Source: Octopus bimaculoides
Lineage: Eukaryota
Assembly: GCF_001194135.2 (NCBI RefSeq)
Contig: NC_068982.1
Location: forward strand, 131,567,871-131,631,870
Reading direction: 5' to 3'
DNA: 64,000 nucleotides
The position numbers were made by a program, and so were the translations under genes. The notes beneath the pieces are model-generated. The model did no database searches. It was not told where the DNA came from and worked only from the letters and a program-made list of their open reading frames with translations. Shown in pieces: positions 1-13,931 of the stretch. Numbering within the stretch: the stretch's first letter is position 1; each line of letters begins with the position of its first letter.

Positions 1-443
1 CATTGTTTAACACCAGGCCAGCTCTCACCTAGCAACCCATGATCAAAGAGCAGTCAAACTTGGCTTTCCCATCTTTTCTTTTTAAACAATGATGTATCCC
101 GCAGTACATTAGTCAGTCTGTTCTTTGTTTGACAGTGAGGAGTGAGATCTAGAAGTGATCTAGCATCTATTTCTAAAATAATTGATTGACTATGGAAATG
201 TCACGTCGTGATTCCTTGGAATATGTTTTGCATGAATTGCTTTGTTTTATTGGGTGGTGATTGTATAAGGTATATATTATGTACACAGAGATGTGCTAAT
301 TGAGCAGTGCCACTAAATTGAAGGTGACTTGTCCAGGACACTGGCCGTCTCTGCGCATTTCATTCTCTTTATGTATATAATCATACATATATACATTCCA
401 TCTTTAATCTCCTTTCTGTCAACACCCCAAATGCAAAACTTCT

Positions 444-530
444 TTCCTGAAGACGGAGGCTGGTATTATCCGATGATGGAATTTACAATCATTATTGTGG
501 ATCACCAAGCCCCCAGAAACAGCTTCTGGA
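444..530 (+). ncRNA. Degenerate hammerhead-ribozyme-like motif (PLE type) with long helix II
   Basis: CTGAAGA at 447-453 and GAAACAGCT at 516-524. The 62 nt between them fold back (GGAGGCT-GGT..ATCC vs GGATCACCAAGCCCCC). The cleavage triplet is not canonical (TCT where GUH is expected). Confidence 0.3.
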
Positions 531-542
531 CTCGTAAAACAC

Positions 543-593
543 CTTTAATTCAACCCCTTTAATTCAACCCCTTTAATTCAACCCCTTTAATTC
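543..593. repeat. 14-bp tandem repeat (CTTTAATTCAACCC) x3.6
   Basis: Read directly from the sequence. Confidence 0.95.
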
Positions 594-1721
594 CGGATAT
601 CATTTCTATTCTGTGTAAGTCGAACCTTTTTATATGTAAACACATATACATTTTTTTGTATTAAATGTATTTAATATTTTTTCGATATCGACCTGCCTAA
701 TTTGCTTATCCATACATTTACTTCTCTACCTGCTCAAGTTTAAACCTCTTGAGCACTACGAAGTGTATTCCTTACGGAGAATACCTATCTTTCAATTATA
801 ATACATGTATACATACATATGAACACACACACATACACATGTAAGGATGTATTTATCTAAACGTTTAATTAGAATGAAATATCAACATGCTGCCTCGGCC
901 AGTAATTTAAGTAGCCGTTCATAACTATTTATATGACGTATATAATAGCAAAATATCAAAATTCATCAAATAAAGTAATCGGAAGAGCTAGCATGATGAG
1001 AATCTTTACATTGCAACGTTCCCCCAACGATTGCAGATTCTAGAAAGCTATTTGAAAAAATGTAATTATAGCCAACGGCTGAATGTCAGACATGTGTAGA
1101 ATTGTCATGTTGACAATATCCAAAAATATTATTGAAAGACCAACAAACATAAGACCTAACAGGCGATTACTGAAAATTGGAGCTCGAGGAAATGTGGAAA
1201 TGTGTCTGGCAGTGCAATGAACTTGAATGCTAAACCCACGAAACAACAATATGATCTAAATACAACGCATTATATCATGACCTTCTAAGCTACGAGTTAT
1301 TGGAGAGATAAAAAATAAAACAAAGCAAAAACAAACCAAAGCTACAAAGAAGAAATGTAAAAATATTTTCAAAATTATACATGGAGATTTAATTAAGACT
1401 GAAGTGTTTTGTACAAGAAACAGCGCAGCAGCTATAGTGTAATACAAACTCTATCAGGGGAATTCAGCCATATTGTCTGACTTAGAAACTAATCATCATT
1501 GTCGTCGATGGATGTCAATGTCATCGTAGCCTAGTTTATCATGTGTGCTGCAGAACAGGATATAAATTTCACTATTTGTTTCTAAACGACGCTATATCTT
1601 TATCGTATCTTTAGATATCATACCCCAATTCATATACAGTAAAAAAAAAAGAAAAAAAAAACAAGAAAAAAAAAACAGAAAAACCAGGAGGGAATTTGGC
1701 ATGTGTAATATACAGTATACA

Positions 1722-1764
<43 letters not shown>

Positions 1765-1916
1765 CGGTGGGTATGTTTATTTACATACAATTAANNNNNN
1801 NNNNTATATATAATTGTATGTAAATACACATACTCACGCATACACACACCCACACAAATATGTGTGCATGTATAATTACATATGTATGTATTTATGTATC
1901 TACACCTATCTGTGTG

Positions 1917-2142
1917 GAGGCGCAATGGCCCAGTGGTTAGGGCAGCGGACTCGCGGTCATAGGATCGCGGTTTCGATTCCAAGACCGGGCGTTGTGAGTG
2001 TTTATTGAGCGAAAACACTTAAAGCTCCACGAGGCTCCGTGTCTGTGGAGTGCTCAGCCACTTGCACGTTAATTTCACGAGCAGGCTGTTCCATTGATCG
2101 GATCAACTGGAACCCTCGACGTCGTAAGCGACGGAGTGCCAA
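1917..2142 (+). mobile_element. tRNA-derived SINE (family 3; OR-like octopus SINE head)
   Basis: Pol III A-box TGGCCCAGTGG (1926-1936) and B-box-like GGTTTCGATTCC (1969-1980). The 3' part (GTGTCTGTGG..CCACTTGCACGTTAATTTCACGAGC..GACGGAGTG) is shared with 25965-26066. Confidence 0.85.
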
Positions 2143-5100
2143 TAACTTGCCAACACCTATCTGTACACAAACATGTGTATGTCTGTGTGCTGTATGTATA
2201 TACTAGTGGCAAGTGATTTCCAAGCTGCTATGTACTTATCCTTTTTAGTTTTTTTCTCTCTAAATTTGTATATATATCTACGATTAATGAGTTGAAGATA
2301 TAAATTTGTCCAGGAGAAAATGAAGAAATGGATATATATATTATTTTCAGCAGAAGATACTGGAGAAAATGGTTCAGAAGTTTAGCACCAAGGAAAGAAC
2401 CTGGACATTTTGCTGTTTCGTTCGTCAGGTTCAAGATCGAAATGAAAAGATAGTCAACGTCTGATTTTTCTTTCCAGTCCTTGCGAATGGAAATAAATCT
2501 GCTGAATAACTTGATAACATTGGCTATTTATCTTCAAAAAAACTTTTTTATTTAGCAGAATAACTATTAGCAAAATATTTCTTTTTCATTACGAGTATAT
2601 TTTAATGTTAATTGTTTATTTGATCTGAGTAATTTTTTAATTTTCAGTCATATCTTCTGTATCTCTCGTTGGACCTCGAACGTTTATTACTTGCTCTATT
2701 TGCAACTGAAAGATGTTAGAACCAAAAGCAGTAGCGTTACAGTAGCAGTCTGTACATTCAGAACGACGCTTTTAAGGAAGCGGCCCTTTTGGGTTTGTTA
2801 TATAATCCTCTATAGGTTCATACTCCAGTGGGGTAGTGGTAACTCAAGTGTAGCTCCGGATGGCACACACTTTAGCTACGCTACTGAGCAGCGAAAAACT
2901 TAACTTCAATTATTTATTCATAATAACCTGTATTATTCCATCAATGATTCTGTCCATAAATTTCAAAGAAAGATGAGGTAGGTTTTATGAAGTTCCTGCC
3001 TTACTGAAACTAAAGAGCAGTGCTTACGTAAATGAGATGAAATAACAAAAGAAAAGAAAAAAAATCACACACACACGCACACACACACACACACAAAAAG
3101 AACGGAAACAAAAACCATGTCACAAAGATTTTCATCAAAGATAAAGTACTAAAATACCTTCCTACTTGCTCAATAAACAACGATTATTGTTTTTTCTTTT
3201 TGTTATTTTATGATAAAAGCTTTCACCAGTTCATTCGATAAGATCGAGATTTGTAACAAAATGGACAAGTAATTGTTATGAAATGTTATAGTGACGTTAT
3301 AATGTAGTGATGACGTAACTAAATTACCCTAGCAACAACTAATAACTAATAATCAGTATTGTATTATTGTTTGTCGCGAGAGACGTAGATCAAGAGGCTT
3401 TCTACCGGAAAGGCAAGTTTGCAATTGCTATTTTGATTTCCCAATAGAATGGGTGAGAACGAAACAACATTATATATCGTACTCCCTTTATAAACATATA
3501 AGATCTTTCATATAGTAAAAAGCAAAAACACTAATAGTTTTCAACTAATAATAACCACGCCTTGGATAACTTCCATTTGTTATATTACCTCATCTGCGTA
3601 GAAACAGAAAACAATCATAGACAAATCAATATAGGTAGTTAAAACTAAAACTAAACACCAAATAAAAAAAAAAAATTCGATTCCCTGTTGAAATTATTTT
3701 ACTTCATGTGCACATCTAATCCCTATGAAATTCAGGGATGCAACCATTTAACATCTTTATTTTATCAAACTCTGCGGTTAACTGACTTCGTATTTTTTTT
3801 TCATTCCCAGTTAAAAAATTCGTGGTAGTTTCAAAGGTAGGCGGATCAAAGGCAGAAACTTTAGAACACTGAATTTAGAATATTATATAATATTTAGTTG
3901 CACACTCTAGATTTTGAGTTTAAGTCTCTTAACGCCTAAAGCGTTAAGCTCACAATTATAAGAAAGCGAGTTCGATTTCTAGATCAGGTGGTGAATTGTG
4001 ACTTTGAGTCAAATGTTTCATTTCACAGAGTTCCAGCCTTCTTAACTGAAAAATACAAGTTCTACGCATAAGCTGGTGTAGTCCTTACATCTTTAGCTAC
4101 CACATCCTGAATATTCTGCTGGACAAAGATTGGGAAGTTATAGTTCATGCTGCTACCAAATCGTGCTTGCTACAGAGTGACTGCTATAACTTTAGTTAGA
4201 AGGGTAGTGACCCTAACCATTGGGGGATATTGAAAACAGGTGTGGAAGAAGAAGAAAAAGAAGAAGAAGAATTTGACATTTTACTGCCGTAAGAAAAACA
4301 CAACAGGAAATCGAGATATCTTCAAATTGAAGACGTGGTACGATTTCTGGCTAAGAAAGAACTGTTTTAAAGACACCCCAGGGCTAGGATTGGTTTAAAA
4401 CGCTGCGAAGAGTTAACGTATAAGTCTTTAATTTCCATTCCTCCGGTGTTGACGAAATATGTATTAGTCATAAATATTGGAGGCAATTTAATTGACTATA
4501 TTTATAAACTATAAATTTGTAGCCTTGAGTTAATTTAGAAATCAATATGTCTCGCCGAATTCTTCTCTTTCCTGGAAATAGATCCGATGTAGAGCAGCTT
4601 ACGTTTGTGACCAAGGAACTTCATGTTTAAGTAAGCTAGTCCTACATTTCAACGTGCTCATCTTTTTTTCTGTCAGTCTTCTTGGCGTCAAAATTGTATA
4701 ACACAACTATTTTAATAACATAAGCAATGTGAGAATCTCGTACAAGTGTACAGTAATACATAATGTACATACATAAATACATCTGTCTATATATATATAA
4801 GTTGGTCAGACAGTCATAAGTATATGTCAGACTTAGGGCATATGCGTGTATATGTAAGTGTGTGTGCTCGAGAGAAAGTGAGAGAGAGGGAGAAAGAGTG
4901 AGAGAGATATCGCGGTGCGTTTGTTAAAATAGAAACGATATTCGAAAAGGTACTGTTGTCAAAATAAAAATTCTACATAACAATTTGAAAAGATACTTTC
5001 TCCATACTTTAAATGGTTTCTTGCTCTATTTAACCTTTCGTATTCTTTTAATAAGAGGGTCTGACGCAGCGTTAAAATTATTTCCAAATTTAACACTTTA

Positions 5101-8100
5101 AAGGTTTAGCTTTAATCCTACCCATGTAGTCACGGGAAAAGAAATTCATGCTCTATCTAGAGATTGAATGGCTTTTAACATGTTATCACGATGTAAAACG
5201 AGAATAAACGTCACTTACATATAAAAACAATCTAACTCAAAGTTAAAACAGGAATATTTGTAAAGTAATATTGCAGTGAAGGTGGTAACTATCACACGAA
5301 GCGCCATATGAATGCAAACTGACATACTTATATCCTTACAATAGCTAATAATAATCAAACGATATTTTGATAACAGTTGAGAAGATAATAATCACTGATA
5401 TAATTGACTGTTGATTGCAAGATTATTGAAGAAAAACAAACGAGAAACAACTATTGCCTCGTAAATGTGTTGTTACAGGCAATAAGCTGAAAACGTTATT
5501 ATTTATCAAAAATTCTTTTCTCATTTGCTTAAACAGTTCTGTGCAAATAATCTCAAGATTTCTCCGAGTTTCTTTGGCGACCAAGCTGTAGTTAAATAAA
5601 AGTAGCATGGGAAAACAGAAGTCATAACATGATTGTCTATATACCTTTTTAGAAAGACAACATTGTAGGTGATAGATATAAATGCTAAAATACTAATATA
5701 AGATCTATATAATATAAAAAGACTAATATAAGATCTTTATAATATAATATCCAGAACTCCTGGTTATAATAAACTTAAATGCTCAAATCTACAATGAAAT
5801 AGACACGGTTTCGTAGGGCAATTTTTTCAAAGAGTGCAATGAAATCTTATACTCGTATTACCCTTCAGAAGTTTTGTAAAAGTGTTTTGTAAAATCAGGT
5901 GCACTAACTGTAGTCATGGCAAATTTCCTCGGATAGCTGAAAAGACGAGTTTCTTTCTATTTTCCAGTTTTTGTAAGAAAATCTATTGAATCGAACAATT
6001 ATAACCAACACTTATTGATGGTGAAAGGATAAATGCCAAAGTACTTTCCGGTGAGTTGTGAACCCAGAAAAGTCCGGCAGTGATCAAATACAGAATAAGT
6101 ATCTAATTTAGTACTCTAGTATTTCGGTTACACATCACACCCCATCGTCATAATACTCATTAACTACATTTGTAATTAGTTGAAGGTCACAGATATGTAG
6201 ATATGATATCTAATAGATAATAAATGGAAGGATGTAATTGATTGATTGGATTAATTTTTGTCCATCGATGGGTTGATGAAAAGCTATGTTGTCCAGTATT
6301 GTTTGAACTCAGAAACTCGTGACTACGTATTATAACACTAAGTTTTTCACTTTACTCTATCAACCACCTGATTCCGTGTGACTAGGTATACCTCCATAGA
6401 TTGATAAGGGAGAGAAATTGAAATTGTTGGATGTTAATTACTTTTCCTAAGAGGATTTTAATAGAAGTGATGTTTCATTAGCCAAAAAAAAAAAAAAAAA
6501 AAGACGTTCACCTCATTCGCCGCGTTCATATTAAAAATTAATAATACTATTGGAACATGACCACGTATTTTGCGAGAACGCTGTTGATGATCGTCTATTC
6601 TATTACATAACTGGAGGACATTATTTTATAGAGCATAAAAGGATAAAATGAAAATATAACACTGAATAAGAATTGAATACAACGTAAAGGAATAACTATT
6701 AAAGACAACAGTGTCCACTGCTCTAACGACTCTGTAATCTACGATTTAAACGACATTTTCAATATTAAACATTAAGCAACATTTGCTGTTCATGTTTCGT
6801 ACTCAACTACCTCAAATACTATAATTAAAACGTAAATTATTATTGAAAATTTAGGAAGGGTGAAATGGCAAAAAAAGCAGGCAATAAATTGCAGGTCTAA
6901 ATACCTCAAAGTATTTAACTTCATTCATTTACACTTTGAAATTGAATCCAGATAACACTGATTTCGTTTTTTATTCTACTAGAATCGATAAAACAGATAC
7001 AATATTGTCCATCATTAATTCTATCGGCTAAATCTCTCTTCTGAAAAATTTCTCAGTAAGAAAGCAACACAGGCAAATATAAACTTTTCTATCGTAAAAA
7101 AACAAAAAAACTCCTCGTTTCTGGATTAATGAATTAATATCAGATATTTAATAAGAAATGGCGAAGTGTGACGCAATAAGAGCAATACTAAATTTCTGGT
7201 GGTACTTGACTTCTGACTATTATTCTAAACTATCCAATATCATTATTCAAATAGGGAGTTCAACGGTTATTTTTCTGTAGTCTGATAGTTTCTATTATTC
7301 GGTATTTGTTTGGTTCACTGAGCAGGTGACTGCGTTTTATGTATTATCAGCTCTTTATAGAGATCAGACGTGTCGTGAGTTTTGACAAAACAATCTGCAG
7401 TTAAAAACTTCGGAGTTAAATGTACCTTCAGTGGGTATAGAAAAATAAAAACGAGCATTAACATTTTTGCGAGGTTTTCGTTGATATATATAATATTTAA
7501 TTCATAATCGTTAGTCTAACAAAATGTATTTTTTTCGGATAAACTATTATGGATTAAATATTTAGGCACTTTCAGACTTATCTTTAAGATTTTATCCTAA
7601 GTGACAGGACATAGTCATTCCCTGGAGTATGTACACATGCGCGCATTTGGAACGCGCGCGCGCACACACTCATATGAACGGAAATGAATTAATAACAAGC
7701 TGGTTTTTCATCCACACTAGAGAAATAGGATTGAGTAATGTGTTAGTACTGTTATGATACAAAACTCAAACTGTAATAAAATAAAATAAAAGAAACCTCT
7801 ACGAGGAAGAGAGTGGGATTGATTTAAATATTTGGCAAAGTACAATAAACTGGTGTGCTGTTAAGAGAAGTGAGTGGTGAGATTTCGGACAGAGCCATGC
7901 GTTGGGTCACGTTAACATTAAAAAGAATTTGGATAGCTCCAAGAATTGATTATCACAAATTTAATTTGATGATGGGTTTACTAGTAGGTAGTTAAGGTGT
8001 AAGTTTGAAGCAATTACTGTAACGGCCAAATAATTATGTAATATATCATTGGAAATTGATTTATTGCATGATAAATACTACTGTATTTCCGCAGGTAATC

Positions 8101-8351
8101 TTTCAAACAATATTTTAAAGTTCGTATATTAGTTAGAGTCACTTTAGAAATAATTGCTTTGCAAAAATAATCTTTCGGAATTAAAATTTGCTGTGGTTAT
8201 CAACCGATTTAACATGACTGTTAAATACTTGTTCACCCCAAAAGAAATTCTTCAAAGAGAAATGTGTGATATATTTTTAATGATTGTCTTGCTTTATACA
8301 ATAATTTGACATTTACCTAACTTATAATACGATTTAAATTTTTTGTATATA

Positions 8352-8794
8352 CAAGGTCATCCCATAAATAATGCAGTTTTTTCAACTGCATGAATTAAAA
8401 GTCGGAGGGGGACGGGATAAACTACCTACGTGAACTTGCTGTAAAAGCAGGTAGAGGATGACATTCCAAAGGCTGGAGCAGTTTGAATGGTATACGATGC
8501 ACCACCCACCATATTCGCCGGACATTGCCCTATCTGATTATCATTTATTCCGCAGTCCTCAATCATTTGAACGGAAAAAATATGAATTCTGTAGACGAGG
8601 TCAGAACAATACTGGAGGAGTATTTTATGTCATAGACAAGTGAATTTTGAAAGAGGGGCCTTGAAAGTCTACCATACAAATGGAAGAGCATTGTAGAAAA
8701 TGAAGGAGAGTATATTTTAGATTAAAAAATAACTATATCTTAGTTTTGAAAAATAAAAGTATAAAAAAACCGCATTATTTATGGGATGACCCAA
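8352..8794 (+). mobile_element. Internally deleted mariner (Tc1/mariner) transposon, 443 bp
   Basis: TIRs GGTCATCCCATAAATAATGC(A/G)GTTTTT at both ends with TA TSDs (8350-8351, 8795-8796). Carries the mariner motif HPPYSPDIALSDYHLF and C-terminal GLESLPYKWKSIVENEGEYILD, with a frameshift and a stop. Confidence 0.93.
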
Positions 8795-9156
8795 TAAGTA
8801 ATAGGTTTCTACCCAACACAAAAATGATACAGATTCAGTATCATTTATTATCACGGAATAATGTAACATACTGCGAAAAACTATTGTAGATCTAAGTGTC
8901 CTATCATGACCATAGTCCAATGGCTAAAGCACGTAAAAGAATAAAAAAATAAAAGAGAGGATGATGATCAAAGCATTGCATATCTCAATATTTCTTGACG
9001 GCGTTAGTCCCATGGTAGTTCGCACACCATTCAGAAAGATAGGCTCTATTGTTTATGACAATGCAAAAACGTTTCCTTTATTTCTTAGTCACAAACCATG
9101 TTTTGTAATTGGATAATATGAATGGATAAGTGATACATTCATAGGTGCATACACAG

Positions 9157-9202
<46 letters not shown>

Positions 9203-9212
9203 NNNNNNNNNN

Positions 9213-9251
<39 letters not shown>

Positions 9252-9750
9252 CGTGTGTGTGTGTGGGTGTTTATACACACACACAAAAATATACATATAT
9301 CCACATCTAAGCCTCCAAATATCTACTGAGACTACATGTAGGCACCTGGACTGTCCCTTACCGGGGCGCAAACATGGGAAAATTACGTTTTTTTTTAAGG
9401 GAGACCATACATGCCTGTTTTTCCTTTTCTCTCCTCTGATGTCCATTGGAAAGGCAAGAGAAAATATAGTTTGGAACCAGTGCCATTCCAGGCGCTGTTA
9501 TCACGACACAATGAACTGAAGATGACTCCACTAGAGATCCTGTTCGATGATCTAACAATTCCCTCAATCTAACACCTGGGCTGATACCTTATTTATTGAT
9601 CCAAAAGAAGAAACGTAGAGATAAATTGGAACTCAGACCCCAGAGTCGAAACCAGCACACAAAGAAATTCCATCCACCACACTAACGACTTTGCCGCTAC
9701 GGTTCACTGTCCCTCTCTCTTTCCTATGTATGTATATATATATACATACA

Positions 9751-9820
<70 letters not shown>

Positions 9821-10031
9821 NNNNNNNNNNNNNNNNNNNNNNNNNNNNNNNNNNNNNNNNNNNNNNNNNNNNNNNNNNNNNNNNNNNNNNNNNNNNNNNN
9901 NNNNNNNNNNNNNNNNNNNNNNNNNNNNNNNNNNNNNNNNNNNNNNNNNNNNNNNNNNNNNNNNNNNNNNNNNNNNNNNNNNNNNNNNNNNNNNNNNNGC
10001 TCATTCCTATATATGTATGTATATATATATA

Positions 10032-10104
<73 letters not shown>

Positions 10105-10254
10105 GTGTCTGTCTGTGTGTACATATATATGTATTTATGTATGTATGTATGTATGTATGTATGTATGTATGTATGTATGTATGAAGGTCTGACAACTGTT
10201 TTCTCAAAGAAACTGTGGCAAACAAGTAGAATGAAAGAGTGAGAGAATGAGAAG

Positions 10255-10398
10255 AATCGACACTGGGACAGAACTGGTACTTTATCGACCCCGGATCGAT
10301 GAAAAGTTAAGTTGACTCGACTGGAATTAAGCTTAGGGAACTGGAACTATTAGTGCAAAACTATCAATCCGATGCTCTAATGACTGCCGGTTAGCCGC
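10255..10398 (-). mobile_element. Degenerate SINE family 1 copy
   Basis: Matches CTGGTACTT..TATCGACCCC..GATGAAA..AAGT(T)GAC core of the copy at 12086-12316. Confidence 0.55.
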
Positions 10399-10465
10399 CC
10401 GAATATATATATAAATACATACATATGTCTATATGTATGTGCACATATATGCATACATATACAGA

Positions 10466-10527
<62 letters not shown>

Positions 10528-10699
10528 NNNNNNNNNNNNNNNNNNNNNNNNNNNNNNNNNNNNNNNNNNNNNNNNNNNNNNNNNNNNNNNNNNNNNNNNN
10601 NNNNNNNNNNNNNNNNNNNNNNNNNNNNNNNNNNNNNNNNNNNNNNNNNNNNNNNNNNNNNNNNNNNNNNNNNNNNNNNNNNNNNNNNNNNNNNNNNNN

Positions 10700-10731
<32 letters not shown>

Positions 10732-11277
10732 TTATATGTGTGCGCACACACACACGCACACACTCACACTCACTATTCCCTTTTGAGCTACCTTGCGACA
10801 GAACATTCAGTTTTCAATGGTAACAACAATAAATAAACGAACAAATAAATATAGTAAAAGACAGAAAAATAAGTGAGTCTCTGAATGATGATTTAGCTAA
10901 TGGGATAACTGCCAGGATTAGCTGGCAAGTCACGAAGAGACGGAAATGGTTATTGTTATCGATATTTTTCTACTCCCCGCGCAAATAAAATTCATTTAAG
11001 ATGGCGAATCTGGCAAGCTACAATAAAAAGAATGCGATAATATCGTTGAAAATCAGTTGTAACTGGACGACTACCGGCGATACGATTTGTGTAAGATTGC
11101 TTCACAAATTAATATTTTTTCCTTCTCCCGTGCTTATCTTTCCGTAAATAGGGATTAAAGTTATTATGAAAACATATTCTTTTTCGTATTTTTATATCAG
11201 CATTTTTCAGGCTTCGATTGTAAGAATATAAATGCATACGTTCACGCAGATACACATACACACACACATACACACAT

Positions 11278-11310
<33 letters not shown>

Positions 11311-11399
11311 TTTATACCTACGTACATAAATACATAAATGCATATGTGTATGATGTTTTTTGCTTATGTTTATTTGTGTGTCTTGGAAATTGAGTGGTT

Positions 11400-11610
11400 T
11401 TGTGGTTTGCGTGTTTGGATCACAATCATTAGACTGAGAGTTCAGTTCTCGGTAGGGTGGTACCTTGTTCTTGAGCAAGGCATTTCTTTTCACGCTGTTT
11501 CACACCACTCAGTTGGAAATGAGCCATAGTGGAGGCTGACGAGTTAACACTGCGACGGACTGGCGACTTGTCCAGTGAGATAGTTTTCCACTCTCTGATT
11601 AACTGCCACA
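11400..11610 (+). mobile_element. Degenerate SINE (tRNA-like head, CTTGAGCAAGGCA..TTCACG core)
   Basis: Core resembles 25820-25880 (CCATGAGCAAGACACTTATTTCACGTTGCTCCA..CCACTCA). Has a GCGACGGACTGGCG..TGTCCAG tail. Confidence 0.45.
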
Positions 11611-11777
11611 GAAACCGAAATGTGTTTCTTTTTCTTAATTATATGTGTGCGTTCTTGCGTGCACGCTCGCGTGTGTATATTCACATTTATATATGTATAC
11701 TTTATACACTTTCAAATAAAGGGGCAAAAACAAGTACTATCTACCACACAATAGCAATTAGGTACAGAAAATAAACC

Positions 11778-11965
11778 AACACACATACAACTCTCCCCCC
11801 ATGCACATACAACTCCACTCACACACATACAACTCTCTTCCACATATAAAAATCACCCCACATACAACTCTCTCCCACATATAAAACTCACCCCACATAC
11901 AACTTCCCTCACAAATATAAAACAGAACCCCCTCCACACATATACGACTCCTCGCTCTACATATA
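11778..11965. repeat. Degenerate approx. 19-20-bp minisatellite (CACATACAACTC[C/T]n / CACATATAAAA variants)
   Basis: CACATACAACT occurs 5 times, interleaved with CA(C/A)ATATAAAA units. Confidence 0.75.
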
Positions 11966-12085
11966 TGGATAGATGATAGATATGTGTAGTTTTTGTCAGC
12001 CCTGAGTTAATAATCTAATATATTCAAACCATGAAAAAGACAATTCTGTCTTTTAGAATATAATTTATATTAGACTACATTATCT

Positions 12086-12316
12086 TATTTCTTTACTGCC
12101 CACAAGGGGCTACACACAGAGGGGACAAACAAGGACAGACAAACGGATTAAGTCGATTATATCGACCCCAGTGCGTAACTGGTACTTATTTAATCGACCC
12201 CGAAAGAATGAAAGGCAAAGTCGACCTCGGCGGAATTTTAACTCAGAACGTAGCAACAGACGAAATACCGGTATGCATTTAGCACGGCGCGCTAACGTTT
12301 CTGCCAGCTCACCGCC
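12086..12316 (-). mobile_element. Full-length young SINE family 1, tail A, with 16-bp TSD
   Basis: TSD TTAGACTACATTATCT at 12070-12085 and 12317-12332. On the - strand the head is GGCGGTGAGCTGGCAGAAACGTTAGC and the B-box-like motif is GAGTTAAAATTCC. The 3' end is ..GGCAGTAAAGAAATA. Confidence 0.95.
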
Positions 12317-13189
12317 TTAGACTACATTATCTGTTTTAACCCTTCTTTTGTTGTAAAGACTGTAGTATATGTTTGGTGAGAGATATGGCAACCTTTTCTA
12401 GCAGATTACGTGACGACGTAAAGGATACCTCATTGGTTGCTAGTTGGATGTATTTATTATTAACAGTTATAGTAGTATGTGGAGAGATAGGGTTGAACGG
12501 AGAAATTATAGCTATTTATGCTGAGTGGATGAATAAAACTTTTGTCAATAATTTGTTTTTATATATATAACAATTTCGAGAATAATAGTGATGGAATTTG
12601 CTAAAATTTGCAAAATGTTCCTTCTCTCAGTAGGAAATAAAAGTGCAGTGGAATATTATCGTTGTTTTGATCCAGGTGCTATTGATTGGATGAAAAGGTT
12701 TGAAGGAAAATACATCGTTAGATTTTAGCTGTCCTAAATTTGGATTAACTGAAAGCCTTGTAAATACTCATCGTTACGTAATTAAAGACACAACTGCACA
12801 CGTTCCCTAATTGAACCCAATCTACATAAATTACGTTAGTAGTCCACGGAAAGCTTGTTTGGCAACGAACTGTACTTTAGAATTTTCAAAACACCACCAT
12901 CAGCACTTCATTCACCTCATCCTTCCCTCTCTCTTCTTTTGCCTTTCATTTTATGTGAGTTGCTGCAATATTCTAGAGTAAGGAAAGAAAGCGAGAGAAG
13001 TAGATACAGAGAGGGTAAAGAAGAAAAATCTGAGAGATACTGAAAGGAGAAAGAAAAGAGTTTGATGTCACACAGACGTACCACCGCCATCATCTCTACC
13101 AATCTTTTCCACATCTCCCTCTATATATGACTGTCTCTTGATGTATATTCCTCATTCTCCATCACTCTATATCTATTTCAGGGTTCAAT

Positions 13190-13227
13190 AGAGAGAGAGA
13201 GAGAGAGAGGGGAGAGAGAGAGAGAGA

Positions 13228-13264
<37 letters not shown>

Positions 13265-13688
13265 TGATTATCACAGCTGCTCTTTTTCTACTTTCAATCT
13301 TAATCTTCTTTCCTGACAGACAGTATGATGTAGTCTGAGGGAGATTCGGCTGCTATATCTCAAAATAAACAAATCAGCTTTGACAGATGGTGAACAATAT
13401 AATAGAAGTTTGTTTCATAATTTCTGAGTACAAATCGGACGCACAAACACAGAGAGAAAGAAAAAGAGAAAGAGAGAAAGAGAGAGAGAGAGGGAGAGAG
13501 TAAGGGAGAGAGAAGTGAGAAATAGTAACAGAGTGGGAAGAAACAGTATGAGAGAGAGAAAGAGAAAAGAACTCTGATATTTATATGTAGAGAAGAAGAG
13601 AGAGAGAAAGAAAGAGATAGAGAGAGAGTAAGAGAGTATGTGTGAGAGGAGAGGAATGAGAAATAGTTAGAGAGGGGGGAAGAGACAA

Positions 13689-13723
<35 letters not shown>

Positions 13724-13871
13724 AAACTTTGATATTTATATGAAGAGAAAAAGAGAGAAACAAAGTTAAATACAGGGACAGATAGGCAGACAGACAGACA
13801 GACATACATACAGACAGACAGACAGACAGACGGACATACATACATACATACAGACAGACAGACAGACAGAC

Positions 13872-13930
<59 letters not shown>
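13190..13930. repeat. Compound (GA)n-rich polypurine tract grading into (GACA)n then (GATA)n
   Basis: Read directly from the sequence. Confidence 0.9.

Positions 13931-13931
<1 letters not shown>

Noticed and set aside
1917-1990. tRNA gene
   Set aside because: It has A and B boxes but no complete acceptor stem, and it continues into a SINE body shared with another copy. It is a SINE head.
2351-2450. Mariner HTH-like fragment (RKWF/QKFS..SGSR) or exon
   Set aside because: It needs a frameshift, has no TIRs, and the donor is weak.
9517-9652. Hammerhead CTGAAGATGACTC...GAGTCGAAAC
   Set aside because: The 3' half lies inside a degenerate SINE about 110 nt away, and no helix I or III can be formed.
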